From Anolis carolinensis (Eukaryota), in assembly GCF_035594765.1 (NCBI RefSeq), contig NC_085845.1:191162897-191226896 (forward strand): DNA of 64,000 nt, written 5' to 3'. The position numbers and the translations under genes are program-made. The notes beneath the pieces were generated by a model. The model was not told the origin of the DNA, did not search any database, and worked only from the letters and a program-made list of their open reading frames with translations. Shown here piece after piece: positions 35,643 to 48,300 of the stretch (its first letter is position 1; every line of letters begins with the position of its first letter).

Positions 35643-38600
35643 GAGTGGAGACGCAGCAAGGCTTCCTGGAGAGCTCCCCAGACTTGTGAAGACAGCGAGT
35701 AGGGCAGCTTCCCGAAACCAGGCCCCACAGCAGCCCCCCAATCAACCCAAAGTTGGCTGCTACCACGCACATGCTCACATGATGCCCCCATGCTTTGGGA
35801 AAAAAGAAGGAAATGAGCAATCACTACCATGATCTCTCCCTCCTGAAACCTGGAGCAGCAGCATGCACATCTGCACAATAACCTGAACCTCAGGAGGAAA
35901 GAGGGGAGAAGTGATCACAAATCCACTATCCTTCCTGAAGTCTGGCTGCTGTATGAATGCCATTTAATAATTTTTATTATTAAGTGACAATCCTGTTTTT
36001 TAATGTAATGTGGCCCTATCAGTCACTAATCTGGACATTCTTCAGGGCCTATAATTCTTTCTTTTCTTCTAGCTGGTGGAAATAGGAAAGCAATGACTGA
36101 ATTGCTTATACACACACACCTGTGTAAATATATTTGCATGAGCTCTAAAATGTGGTGTGGTATATAGCCTGCCAAGCTATGGCTTGTGAAGTTTTCTTTT
36201 AATTGTTCGTCATTAAATGGCAGTCATTCATTGGTCTCAAATTTCTCTTTCACCCAAGAAATAAATTTATACATAGCAGCACACATGTAATGCAAATTAG
36301 AGCATAGCAGTTATTTCGGTACACAACAACTTCTCAGATCTGCTACCTAGTTTGGAAGCATTCATTTTGTGCCTAGTCCACAAAAATAGCTTTTCCAAAC
36401 TTTCAGCATAAATACACACATAAACCATATACTCCAACTGTTCCAATTTGTCAGGGATAATTCAGTGCATTATCTATCATCACCCTTTTCAGCTGCTTTT
36501 AATATGTCCTAATTTTGCGACCCTCCATCTACTTTCCCCATTTGTTCTCAGTTTGCTTCCATTATTGCAAAAGCAAAAGTTTGCACTCCATTAATGCAGC
36601 AGAGATAAGGAGAGTGCAGAATCCTATCCTTCTCAGTCGGCATAGGCAAAAGGACGGCTGCAGCCTCTCCTAGCTTGTGTGTGCTTTAATAACATTTTCC
36701 ATCTTAGCCTATGTCCCAGTTTTCACCTGTGAAATGTGAATGTGTACAAATGTGTACATGCATCCAAGGCAAAATGAGACCAGAATAGTTTAAGCATCTG
36801 CTGGAATTTAAACACAGGGCAAGTATAGAACTATGCATTGTGTGCCTAATGCCCCAACTTTAGTCTGTAAGAAAAAAGGTTTGAAAGCAGCCAGGTGTTT
36901 AGAAAGAACCTCAGCCCAAGAGCCCAGAAAGCTGCTGCTAGCCAAAGGAGATAAACTCAATGAGCTGGACAAACAGCCTGCTGTGATAAGAGACTTTTCT
37001 ATGTACTCCTGTGTGCTTAACCAGAGCCCATTTCTGCTGTGCACTGACAGCTCCTATTAAGCAGCCACTGAAGAGTTCAAAGTAAGAGAAGAAGGCCCTA
37101 GCAATGCACCATCTCCTGAAGCAGACAGTTGCTTTTTCCCTCTGACCTGGCTATTTGTTATCTCGGGATGTGAGCGGTGAAAGGTGAGTGCTTACTCTGT
37201 CCTCAGAGAACCTAAAAGAAGCACCATCTGCCTTTACTCTTTTGGTGTTTCTTTGAAAGGGAGTGCCACAGAGCCTCTGCCACAGCCACTTTCCAACCCA
37301 GGCATTTTAAAAGGCCAAAAGAAGCAGCCCAGAAGAGTAGAAAGTATTGGCGCTTCTTTATGTTCCCCCACAATTGACTAAGCTCATGCTTTTTGCCACT
37401 CTTCATGGTAAAGAGGAAGCTTCCTTTCTTGGTAAGAATTAAGGCACAGTACTTATATTGACACATGGATAAGTCAAGCCAGATTTTGGCTACATTTTCT
37501 AGACTTATACATTAGTATATACAACAAGTCAAGCTGAGGGAAAGTGAAAGATTGATTGGCATATGATCCTCCACAGCTCAATGGGAGCTCGAACTTGAAT
37601 CACCAAAGTCCCAGTCTAATATATAATATCTATTTATTTAAGGCAGCAAATCTTACCCACTCCCAATTCCAGCTGTTTCCTCATTTGTTGAGAAATAGTC
37701 TTGCTAGATTCAGGTGACCTTATTGGCCCAAATGCCATAGAGAAGCCTTTAGGGAAGGCATCTCTACAGGATAACAGCCTTGCTGGGATAATACCACAAA
37801 GAAAACGTACATTTCTGTATTTTGATAGTGTAAACAAGTTCAGGGAGAAATTATTCCGAGAGGAGGAAAGAAACTTGAACAGTTGTCAGGCTCACCAATG
37901 TTTGTATGAGCCCTTGGAGAACATACAGAGTTCCATTATCAGTCTGCATGACCCAAGGTCATCTTTATTATGAGAAGTGACCTTTTGCTTATGAAGTTAA
38001 ACAATGTCTTGGCAAAATGTTCAAGTGAACCATTTGTATCTACTTCAAGCTTGCCTGTTTCATTGTATGGATTTAGCAATAAAGATTCTTAATTTTGACA
38101 ACCCGGTGTTGACTTTTTCTCCACTGAAATCGAGTGAAAGCTGCTGGTGCTGCTCCTGTTATTCTTGTGTGTTTAATGCAGTGTTTCATTAGCTGCAGTC
38201 AAAGAAACCCCAGATGAGAATAATATTGTTACAGCCGACAAAATGAGGAATGCACAGTGGGTTTTGCTCCATTTTCTGATGCTACCTATAGCAACCAAAG
38301 GAGCCCGTTGCAAAGTGAATGCCTTTGCTGTTTCTTTGCCACCCTCCCAGGCCCATCATTTAAAGATAATCGTTTTTGATTTAAATAGCGATGTACAAAT
38401 GTGTCAGAACTGCTGGGAGAATGTGCTGTGAACTACAAAGAGAATGCACATTTGAAAATGTCTCTCTTTAAAAAAAATTGTGACAGACAGCAAGTTTATG
38501 GCCTTCCTTATTCCTGCTACCTTGATAACATCTCTCAGATAACACAAAAACAGACATCCTAGAGCCAGCCTGGTGGTTGGAAGGTGGGTACATGGCAAAT

Positions 38601-39735
38601 TGGCACTGAACTGTTTTGGCACTGCTGCATCACCACATCACCACACTTATCTTATCCCAGGCATTCTGGGTTTTGTGGCACCTGTAATGATGATACCCAG
38701 AGTGATGAAATGACGCAAGTGAAAGGAGGGAGAAACGAGGAATTGCTCCCTCTTTTTGCCCCTTTGTTCTTCAGTTGCCTCATTGCTCAGGGTATTGTCA
38801 TTCTAGGTGCTAAATGATGACCAGTGCCATTTTCTTGCCCAGTGGGCACCACAAATTCCACAGCAACAGGGCAAGGTAGTTGCTATCCCCTATCCCTGGG
38901 CTGCCTGAGCTTGGGAAAAGTGAGATAGTGATGTTAACAGCCACAAGTGTTATCCTGAATATGAAGCGGCACAACAGCTTACACTGGCCTGAAGTCACAG
39001 TTTACTCCTGATTCACAGGGAAAATCCAAAGCAACCAGTAACTTCTGTTATCACAGTTCAAAGCCACATTAACCAACCTTGGCCTGTATCAACCCTAATC
39101 AGTTCTGTGCACCATGCAACTGCCACTGAGCTGATTTGTAGGATAAAGTGCCAGTGAAGATGCATCCCCAGAGAGGTTAGATGGACAGATTGTCTATCCT
39201 CTTTCTACAAACAAGTCAAGACTTTTCTGTTTCAATAATTATTTGACGAATGATTGTGGCTATTATAACGTGCTTAATTTGAGAGCTAGACTAAGGGAGA
39301 ACAAGTTGTAATGTGAGATAGATAGATAAATAGATAGACACACATATACACATACACATACATATTATCTTAGCTAAATTTAGTTTGGTATACTGTTCAT
39401 ATTTAATTCTCTTATATTTTTAATATGCATATTGTTGCACTTTCATATAATTAATAATGGCCTATGTTCTAAGCATCAATAAACTGCTACTACAACTATA
39501 TAATTTAATAACAATTTACCTTTTTTATTTTGTGAATTTTAACAGTGTGTTTAGCCTGTTATAAATTGACTTGAGTCCCTGACTAGAGAAATGGTGGGAC
39601 ACAAATAAATAAGATAATAACAATAATAATGTGGTCACATTACCACTTTACAAATAGATCCACACTAATCAGTAGCAGTCAATGAAATAGAGTGGTACTG
39701 GACAGACACTATTTTATTTTATTTTATTTTATGAT

Positions 39736-40146
39736 AGCTGTGGCACAGCTGGTTAGTAGCCAGCTGAAATAAATCACTAATGACCAAGAGGTCATGAGTT
39801 CAAAGCCAGCCCGGATTGGACTGAGTGCCCAACCATAAAATAGCCTTGGTCATTGTTGACTTAAGCAACTCAAAAGACAGTCGCATATGTTGAGTAGGAA
39901 ATTTAGATACCTCTTTATGGGGGGGCTAATTTAACTAATTTATGACACCATAAAAATGTCCAGCAGTGTGCGGATGAATGAGGAAGTACTCCATCAAGGA
40001 CTTGGTGTCACAGTGGATGATGAAGCAGCAGCTCCCTCTGTGGCCAGAGTCGAGCATACCCTCATGAAGCTGGAAGCTGGAAATGTTAAATTGCTTCTGT
40101 GTCTGTGTCTGTATGTTGTATGCCTAATGGCATTGAATGTTTGCCA
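39736..40146 (+). mobile_element. Anolis SINE2-like, older subfamily, tail missing
   Basis: Colinear with 10576-11058 up to GGCATTGAATGTTTGCC. Confidence 0.85.
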
Positions 40147-40805
40147 TTTCCAGTAGAAATTAAAAATTCTCCAAAAAATATCCCCCTGCTGGCCCAGCCC
40201 TGTAATTTCTCCAGGAGCAGCAGCAGTGCACCATTCATTCCTGTCAAATGTCAGAGATGGAAATCCACATTTCACAGTCCACTATTACACTTTCTTCTTT
40301 ACTAATAAAAAACAGCAAGCAACTTCTTCCCAAGCTTTTGCATTTCTTGTTCACATTTTCCCAACTCCCAGTCCCACTAAATAAAAGGAATCAATAAAAT
40401 AAAGGAAAATAAAGGAAAATAAAAAAATATTCAATGCTAGAGCAAGCTGCAAGGCAATCGGACTGAGGTACCTCTCTAGAGCCAGGATGCAACTGAGAGC
40501 AATGGAGGCACTTACCCCATTAAATTGACACAGCTTACATAAGACACGTCACTGCATTCTTCTATTCTGATTGGTCCAACAGTCAGAGCTCACAGGGAAA
40601 CCCCGTGTGACCACACGGCAGCCTGTTTGCATACCATGTGATTCCAAATAGGAGAGGAGGAGCCATGACCGGCTGCCATGTGGCCCGTTTCAGCTGAAAA
40701 AACATGGCAGCTGAGCCTTTACCATTATGACCAACTGAACAAGCCGAACAAGCCAGATTGGCTGAAGGTAACCAACCAAACTGAATCCATGCACAAGCCT
40801 ACTGC

Positions 40806-40952
40806 TCAGACTTGTAAACTCGAAGCTTTGTCTTCCTTGGCTGAGTCCATCCACCTGTAACGTGGTCTTCTTTTTCCTACTGTTTCCATTTTATCAAACA
40901 TTACCATCTTTTCCAGTGAGTTACATCTTTTTATTACATGTCCAAAGTACCA
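40806..40952 (-). mobile_element. Old RTE-BovB-like fragment
   Basis: YFGHVIKRCNSLEKMVM...KRRPRYRWMDS in reverse ORF 40806-41105. Confidence 0.7.
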
Positions 40953-41197
40953 TGGCCCCAGTGGAGTGGAAAAGCAACATATGCTTGGGTTTAATTTGCT
41001 CAAGGAATAGTGCTTCCCAATCTCTGGTTCGCCCAGAAACCCCGGCCAGCTTGTCCAACTATTGAGAATTCTGGGAGTTGAGATGCAACATACCTGCAAG
41101 ACCAAGATTTACATTTGCTTAAATAAACAGTCCATGATATTTGTCAAACTCTTCTCCAGCACCACATTTTAGATTTTTTATTAGTTACTAAATTAAT

Positions 41198-41639
41198 TTT
41201 TATTTATTATTTACAGTATTTCTCACCCCGAAGGGGACTCAGGGCGGATCACATTATATACATATATGGCAAACATTCAATGCCCATAAGCACATCAAAC
41301 AGACAGACGCAGAGGCAATTTAACCTCCTGAGGGGATGTTCGATTCTGGCCACAGGGGGGAGCAGCTGCTTCATCATCCACTGTGACGGCACTTCCTCAT
41401 TCCAACGTCATAAATTAGTTAAATTTGCCTCCCCACTTTATAAGTGGTACCTTATTTACTACTTGATAGATGCAACTATCTTTCGGGTTGCTAGGTCAGC
41501 AACGAGCAGGGGCTATTTTTTATTTTTTTTAATTGACAGGTGCTCACCCCACCACAGGCTGGCCTCGAACTCATGACCTCATGGTCAGAGTGATTTATTG
41601 CAGCAGGCTGCTCACCAGCCTGCGCCACAGCCCGGCCCC
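41198..41639 (-). mobile_element. Anolis SINE2-like, long form
   Basis: Close reverse complement of 10576-11058. Confidence 0.92.
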
Positions 41640-42709
41640 ACATTTTTATTCTAAAACTTTTAATTGCACTTTTGAGTGAGTGGGTTTCCTCCCTCCCCCC
41701 AAAAAAAGTATGCAGTAACAGAAAATGGGGGTGACATGTCCTATTCTGATACAAGTTTCTATACCATTTACTGCTGTGAATTAGCCCACCATTTCTCAGG
41801 AGTTATGAAATAAGGCTCATTTAGTTTATGTGAGTAGAAGATGAAAGCCATCTATCACCACATAGCAAACAGTAGCTGTAAGTTAAAATGTAATGCTAAA
41901 TATAGCAGGATGTAGTTAAGAAAAAAAGGTCTTTGACATTTATGATGACACAATCCCAACATGGAAAGCAGGGCTATAGGAGCTTAGAAGGGCAATGTCT
42001 CAACCAAGGAGACTTCGGTTCAAATCTCTGATCAGCCGTAAAATTTTACTCAATTCCCTTGGGCAACTCACTGGTGGAAGCATGAGATACAAAGGTAAGT
42101 GAAGACACTTACGATTTTGGTATGCCTGGAGCCTGTACATTAGCTCATTGTCTTATGAAGCACTCCATCATGGTCCATATGTCTAATAGGTTCAGACAGA
42201 TCCATCTGCATTTAGCCTGCATCAGTTTTGCATGGGTTCATTCATAAATCAGTTTCTTCTCATGCTCATGTTAATCTGTTTGTGTGTGTGTTGGGAGGTT
42301 AAAGTATCATTTATATCATTATAGAAATCAAAAAAAATATAATTACAGGCACGCTCTCAGTCCCAGAAAATGCCATGATGTGTTTGCCTTAGATTCACCA
42401 TAAGTGGGAAACTATTTGAAAGCACACAACAAAAAACAAACAACAAAGTCTATTTTTTCAGCAATATAAGTATTATCATACAATTTATAAAGACAATAAT
42501 TTTACCCTCTCTGACTAATATTGTTATTTACATCGATTAAACTAGTTTCCCTGTTGCAAAACAATAAGGAAAATAATAATAAAAGATTAAAATAAACTTC
42601 CCAAAGACATAAAATGAGAAAATTGTTATAAACCTCCCTGTTGATCTATCATTTTTGACAGTTAGTAATACAGCAATGCTATATTTTAAATCTTTTACTA
42701 AAAATTATG

Positions 42710-42960
42710 TTTCACATTTATTTATTTACTTACTTATTTAATTTATTTAATATTAGCATTATATGTTACAATATTGTACTATACCAGTATACTATAATAT
42801 TATTAGTAATATTACATGTAATATATAATATATAATTAATATTATTATATTGAATTATTATTAATATTAAATTGTATTATATTATAATATTATTATCAAT
42901 ATAATATAATATTATGTGTTTTAAAACATGTTTTAAGTGTTTTTAAAATAATATTATTAC
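42710..42960. repeat. Extremely AT-rich low-complexity tract
   Basis: Almost only A/T (TATTA/TAATA runs). Confidence 0.8.
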
Positions 42961-42967
42961 TTGATTA

Positions 42968-43713
42968 AGGAGCCCCTGGTGGTGCAATAGGTTAAACCCT
43001 TGTGCTGGAAGGACTGCTGACTTGAAGGTTGGGTTGTTGACCTGACGATTGCCAGTTCGAATCCGGGGAGAGTGCGGATGAGCTTCCTCTGTCAGCTCCA
43101 GCTCCCCATGCGGGGACATGAGAGAAGCCTCCCCCAAGGAGGGCGACTAAAATGATTAAGGGTCTGGAAAACAAGCCCTATGAGGAGAGGCTTAAAGAGC
43201 TGGGCATGTTTAGCCTGCAGAAGAGAAGGCTGAGAGGAGACATGATAGCCATGTACAAATATGTGAGGGGAAGTCATAGGGAGGAGGGAGGGAGCTTATT
43301 TTCTGCTGCCCTGCAGACTAGGACACGGAACAATGGCTTCAAACTACAGGAAAGGAGATTCCACCTGAACATCAGGAAGAACTTCCTCACTGTGAGGGCT
43401 GTTCGGCAGTGGAACTCTCTCCCCCGGACTGTGGTGGAGGCTCCTTCTTTGGAAGCTTTTAAGCAGAGGCTGGACGGCCATCTGTCGGGGGTGCTTTGAA
43501 TGCGATTTCCTGCTTCTTAGCAGGGGGTTGGACTAGATGGCCCATGTGGTCTCTTCCAACTCTACTATTCTATGATTCTATGATTCTATGATTCAAGGAT
43601 GGTAAAACATCAAAAACATCTGCGTAGCCCCTGGGCAACATCCTTGCAGACGGCCAATACTCTCACACCAGAAGCGACTTTCAGTTTCTCAAGTTGCTCC
43701 TGACATGAAAAAA
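42968..43713 (+). mobile_element. Vingi-type SINE interrupted by CR1
   Basis: Halves 42968-43140 and 43594-43713; TSD ACTTGATTA (42959-42967, 43714-43722). Confidence 0.92.
43141..43593 (+). mobile_element. Young 5'-truncated CR1 LINE
   Basis: Uninterrupted ORF 43152-43499 ([27 protein letters not shown]...FKQRLDGHL); (ATTCTATG)n tail; TSD CAAGGA (43135-43140, 43594-43599). Confidence 0.96.
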
Positions 43714-43787
43714 ACTTGATTATTTAAGGCAACATTTTAGCTTAATTGCTTTTAAATCTTGCAAGCCACTTTGAATCCCATCTTTCA

Positions 43788-43853
43788 GGAGTGCTTTAGT
43801 TGTGCATTCCTGCAAGGCAGGGGTTGGACTAGATGGCCCTGATTCTATGATTC
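43788..43853 (+). mobile_element. CR1 3' terminal fragment
   Basis: GGCAGGGGGTTGGACTAGATGGCCC...ATTCTATGATTCT. Confidence 0.75.
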
Positions 43854-44669
43854 TGTCCCTGGGAGTTTATATCATGATACACAAACCTTGGGCTTTATGT
43901 AATGCTTCTGTTTTGGCTGCTATTTTATCTCCCATATTCAAATGGTAATAGCTAATATCATCATCACCACTAGTCATCATCATCATCATCATCACCATCA
44001 CATCAGCAATGTACATTGCATTTACAAAGAGCAGCCTCCAGGAATTAATTTTGCCTGGTACCATGAATACAAAGGCTATAAGGGAGAAGCATTGCTCAGA
44101 CCTGCTTTAATGTTCTGATTTAACTTTCATACATTTCAGAGTGCAGTGAGTGGCACACGCCGACGTAGCAGCAGCCTCTTGAAGAAATATATCATGCTAT
44201 GCCCATAAAATTGTTGCCTACCCCTTTTTCACTTTCAAAGCTCAGACGTATATATAAATTTGGAACCATAAATCTGCTTCACGCTGCAATATATGATATT
44301 TCCCACTGTAAGTCTATTATGTCACCCTCTCTTCCATGGTGAACCAATTACACACCTTTAGAACTTGACAGAGCCATTTCCAACCAAACCAATAATCATA
44401 TTAAAAAACGTATTCTATATAACTTTGGTTTCTTTCTCCACATTTTTTCCAAGTAAGCTATTCAGGCCACAACCCTAGAAAGCTGTTTGCACAAATGAAG
44501 CAGGGGCGTAAAAACAGCTGGAGGCACACTAGAAGTTCCTGCCAAAACTGCTTGTTCAACTACAACAGCAAAATGAGTTTCAAACTTTTCAGTTTCTCCT
44601 TCTAGTTGGATGAGAGAGTAAGCCCAGGTACCACAATAACTTACATACAGCCAGAGAGTCTTTGCAAGT

Positions 44670-46372
44670 TGTAGTAATAAAACAATTAATGTTCCATCTC
44701 CCAGGGGTTTGATTTGCATTGTCCCATGGTTGTGGGAGATGGCACCTGTTTGCATTTTTTCCAGGGTTGCTGTAGACTCAGCAGCAATCTGACAGTTAGC
44801 CATTAGCTGAGAATTGTAACCATTCTGCAAGGCCTTTGCTGCTGAAAGCTTGCAAAGTATCCTTTTGTTCTTGAGACCGCCCCTTTTCCTGGGGATGAAA
44901 TCTCCATTTTGAAAAGCCATTTTGCCTTTTACAGAAGAGAAAAGAACTCAGTTGTGCTTGTGTGGTCAAGCTAGGCCAGTTCAGACAAGCCATCGTAAGT
45001 ACTGACCTCTTGCCTATAAAACTGGTGCTGATGTGACGCCTCTAAGCTGCGAGAGCACTGGGAACCAGACACGGAGGCCAATAAACAATCTAATATCTTT
45101 ATTAAAGAAATAAAGGAGTCAAACAAAAATAAGCAGAGTATTTAGTCCAGCAATAGACCTTTTAGGAAAGGTCAAATATAGTCCAGTAATGTGAAGTTAG
45201 ATGTCCAGTATTAGAGTTCAAAGTTTTAAATCCAATAACCGAAACACACTCAAACTTCCAAGCAGTTTGAGTGGGGAAATAAGCAAGGTCTTATTTCCCA
45301 GGTTCAATGTCCGAGGCTAGGATAACAAGGCAAGGCAAAGTTGGTAGTGGTGGAACTGAATCGCAGTCCAGACTTGGCAGGGAGACGAGATGCAACACCC
45401 GGTCTACTCGAGAGTAGCGGGCCACAGGAACTGGAGGCGATGTTGGTTTCCCAACTGACACGTTGACACCGCGATGGCCAGCCTGCGCGTAGAACTTTTA
45501 TGGGACTTCAAATCTCCCCTCAAACCAGGTGCCTGAACACTTTTTCCCAAGGGAAATGGACTGAAGACAACAACTTGCCAGATGCAAACCTCCCTGGAAA
45601 CTCTCAAGGGAATCGGATTAATTAGCGTCCTCTCTCTCCGCTAATCTCGCGCTTTTCCTCCTATTCTCCTTCTCAGAGCGGAATGTTTTCAGAAACAATC
45701 TCCTATCAAAAGGAGCACTCTCCGGGAAACCAGGCTCTGTTTCAAGGGCTTTTGTAATTAACTTTGGGCTAAAACTGTCAACAGGGAACATCTGGAAGGG
45801 AGCAGAATCTTGCTGAGTTGGCACAAACCCCATATCCTCTTCAGTCTGATCCATAATGGCTGCGGGGTCATGACTCGAGGGTCCCTGAGACATCACAGCT
45901 GAGTTCAGATAGGGGAAAACCTGCTCTTTCCAAGATAGTAACTTAGCACTGGGGCAAAGAATATCCCAGGATTTCTTTGCCATTGGAAGAAGCTCTAATT
46001 ACTTCGTCTCCAAGCTTGCTTTGAGCTTAGATAGTGAAAGACCTGCTCTTTTTGATATATCAGCTCAGGGCTAGGGTAGAGAGGATCTCAGGATCTCTTC
46101 ACCTTTGGAAGAACTTAACCCAGCAACTAAGGGGAAAAGCAAGAAAGGAACATCTGCAAAGTTTTATAAGTTGACTATTTGTATTTGTAACCTCAACAAT
46201 TTGTGCCAAGTCTGCCAAGGACTTTGAGAAAATAAAATTTTGTTTGATTGTTCAATTTGAAGTGACTCTGGTTACTGGGATTCCTGAGGTTCCAAGTAAG
46301 GCCCCCGCAGTTCACCCGGGCAAAGAAAGAAGCACATCTTAAAGCTCTAAAAGGTGCCTGGGTGTGACGACA
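44670..46372 (+). mobile_element. Older LTR-like element hosting a younger solo LTR
   Basis: Termini TGTAGT / ACGACA, TATAAAA at about 45015, AATAAA at about 46230; about 830 bp once the insert is removed; TSD only partial (CAAGT/TAATT). Confidence 0.45.
45032..45897 (-). mobile_element. Solo LTR (Gypsy/Ty3-like), 866 bp
   Basis: TGTGA...TCACA termini; perfect 5-bp TSD GCTGA (45027-45031, 45898-45902); reverse AATAAA near 45098; intact 92-codon frame from LTR nt 2 (45896-45618). Confidence 0.92.
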
Positions 46373-46809
46373 TAATTAAACCTTGGAAACTGTAGCAATC
46401 TGATGTTCTGTTTGTTGTATTGGAGATTTGCACACAGCCCTTTCCTTATGTCTGGGGCCAAAACTACCAAAACTGGAGAATTAGCACCTTTGTCTTCTAC
46501 ATGGAAATGAGCTATAGAAACTGGAAATGGGGCCAGGCTCTGAGATCTAGCACCCTATACCTAGGTGAACACTGTGAAGGTGGCCTACATGAAATGGTCA
46601 TGGAACCATGAAATGAATGCATCTGTTGCACAATGGCTAAATTACACATTTGGGAGAATGTGTATGCATGTGTGACACCATCTGGGTCTGACCATAGATT
46701 TACTTGGAAGGATTCTTGAAATGTCAGTTAACCATACCAGTTGCCAGTGCAATATATATACTGCTACATCACCTGCCTAGGTTGGCCATCCAGTCCGTAG
46801 GAGTTGAAA

Positions 46810-47333
46810 TAATAATAACAACACTTTATTCATATTCAGCCCTATCTCCCCAAGGGGACTCAGGGCGGATCACAGTACACATACACAGCAAACATTCAAT
46901 GCCATTTGGACAGACGGGACATTCAATGCCATTATCAGGCATATCACATATACAGACAGACAGCAGAGGCTATTAACATTCTCCAACTTCTGGCTTCATG
47001 AGGGTATGCTTGATTCCGGCCATAGGAGGAGCTGCCGCTTCATCATCCACTGTGACAATGGTCCTTTTTTATGGTAGTAGTTTCTTATGTTCTTCACACG
47101 CTGCTGGCAGTTTTATGGTGTCATAAATTAAGTTAAATTAGCCTCCTCACTAAACAGTATCTAGAATTCTCTACTCATAGACACAGCTGTTTTCGAGCTG
47201 CTCAGGTGGTCAGCAAGCTAGGCTATTAAATGGTCGTGAGCTCAACCCCGACCCAGGCTTTGAACCAACAACATCTCGGTCAGTGGTGATTTATTATTAC
47301 TGGGTACTAACCAGCTGCGCCACAGCCCAGCCC
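46810..47333 (-). mobile_element. Anolis SINE2-like, older subfamily
   Basis: Reverse homolog of 39736-40146 with L2-type tail; TSD TTGAAA. Confidence 0.85.
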
Positions 47334-47689
47334 TTGAAAACCTTCTTCAGCATTCCTTTCTCCAAAGCTTCCAACATCTTTGTCTTTCTCCTATGGGCAT
47401 ACTCTGGTTCATTCAAACTCTCCTTATACTACCCTGTTTGAAATTGGGCAGACTATTCCAGCATATGTCTGACCAAAACAAAGTAGAGTGACCAATTACT
47501 CCTTGTGATCTGGATACTAACTTTTATCAATATAGTTTAGAATTCTAGAGCTTGTAAATTACTTGCACTTCGGTTCCCACAGCCTCAAAACAGTGTGGTT
47601 ACTCGTCATGCTGGCTGAGGTTTTCTTAGAAATTATAAGGCTTTATCACACCTCCTCGTTGTCTTCTTGCAATTGTATTGTTTAAGCAA

Positions 47690-48300
47690 ACAGAAACACA
47701 CCTCACTGCAAATGCTCAATGCTGGTATTTTGTTGATGTTAATTACCACAGTCAGTCTGCCAGACAGCTTTTGTCCTGCACAGCACATGCATTTTAGTAT
47801 TTAGTATTTTGCCGCAACTGCAAAGTTGCACAATTTCAACATTCCTCCATTTACAATATCAGGATTGCAGCAGAAGGAGATTATCACAAAGAGAAGAACA
47901 ACAGATCAACAGTGATATTAGATTCATTGACAAGTTTTTCCTGTCAATAAAAAGAGATGATTCAATCACTAATCAAGCTCAATGTTTATACAGGGTGGCC
48001 ATGAGATCTTGCTGTAAACCTCATCAACAGGAGATATTTATCTGCCTTAATTTATGTTATAAAATCCTCTAAGGCCATTCCACGTGTTGCTGTCAATCCA
48101 AGAGTTCCCCATCATCTACTTCTGATTTCGCTCAAATCGGTGGAGAATTGTACATGCTCATAAATGGTCATATAACTTCAAAGGCATATCCAGCTGGCTC
48201 TCCTTGTGCACTGACATCATAAAAACCACAGTGATTTGTTTATTGTTTATTTATTAAAAGCATCTATTCATTACCTGTCAGCCTGCCAGCTCTCCTAAGG
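47690..48300. promoter_or_regulatory. Putative conserved non-coding enhancer
   Basis: TE-free block with clustered TGACA/TGTCA, TCATAAA, CAATAAAA and TGTTTAT motifs; conservation not tested. Confidence 0.4.

Noticed and set aside
43152-43499. Intact 115-aa ORF as a host gene
   Set aside because: It is the C-terminus of CR1 ORF2 in a recent truncated insertion
44462-44920. 152-aa reverse ORF
   Set aside because: No recognisable homology; straddles the edge of a probable LTR
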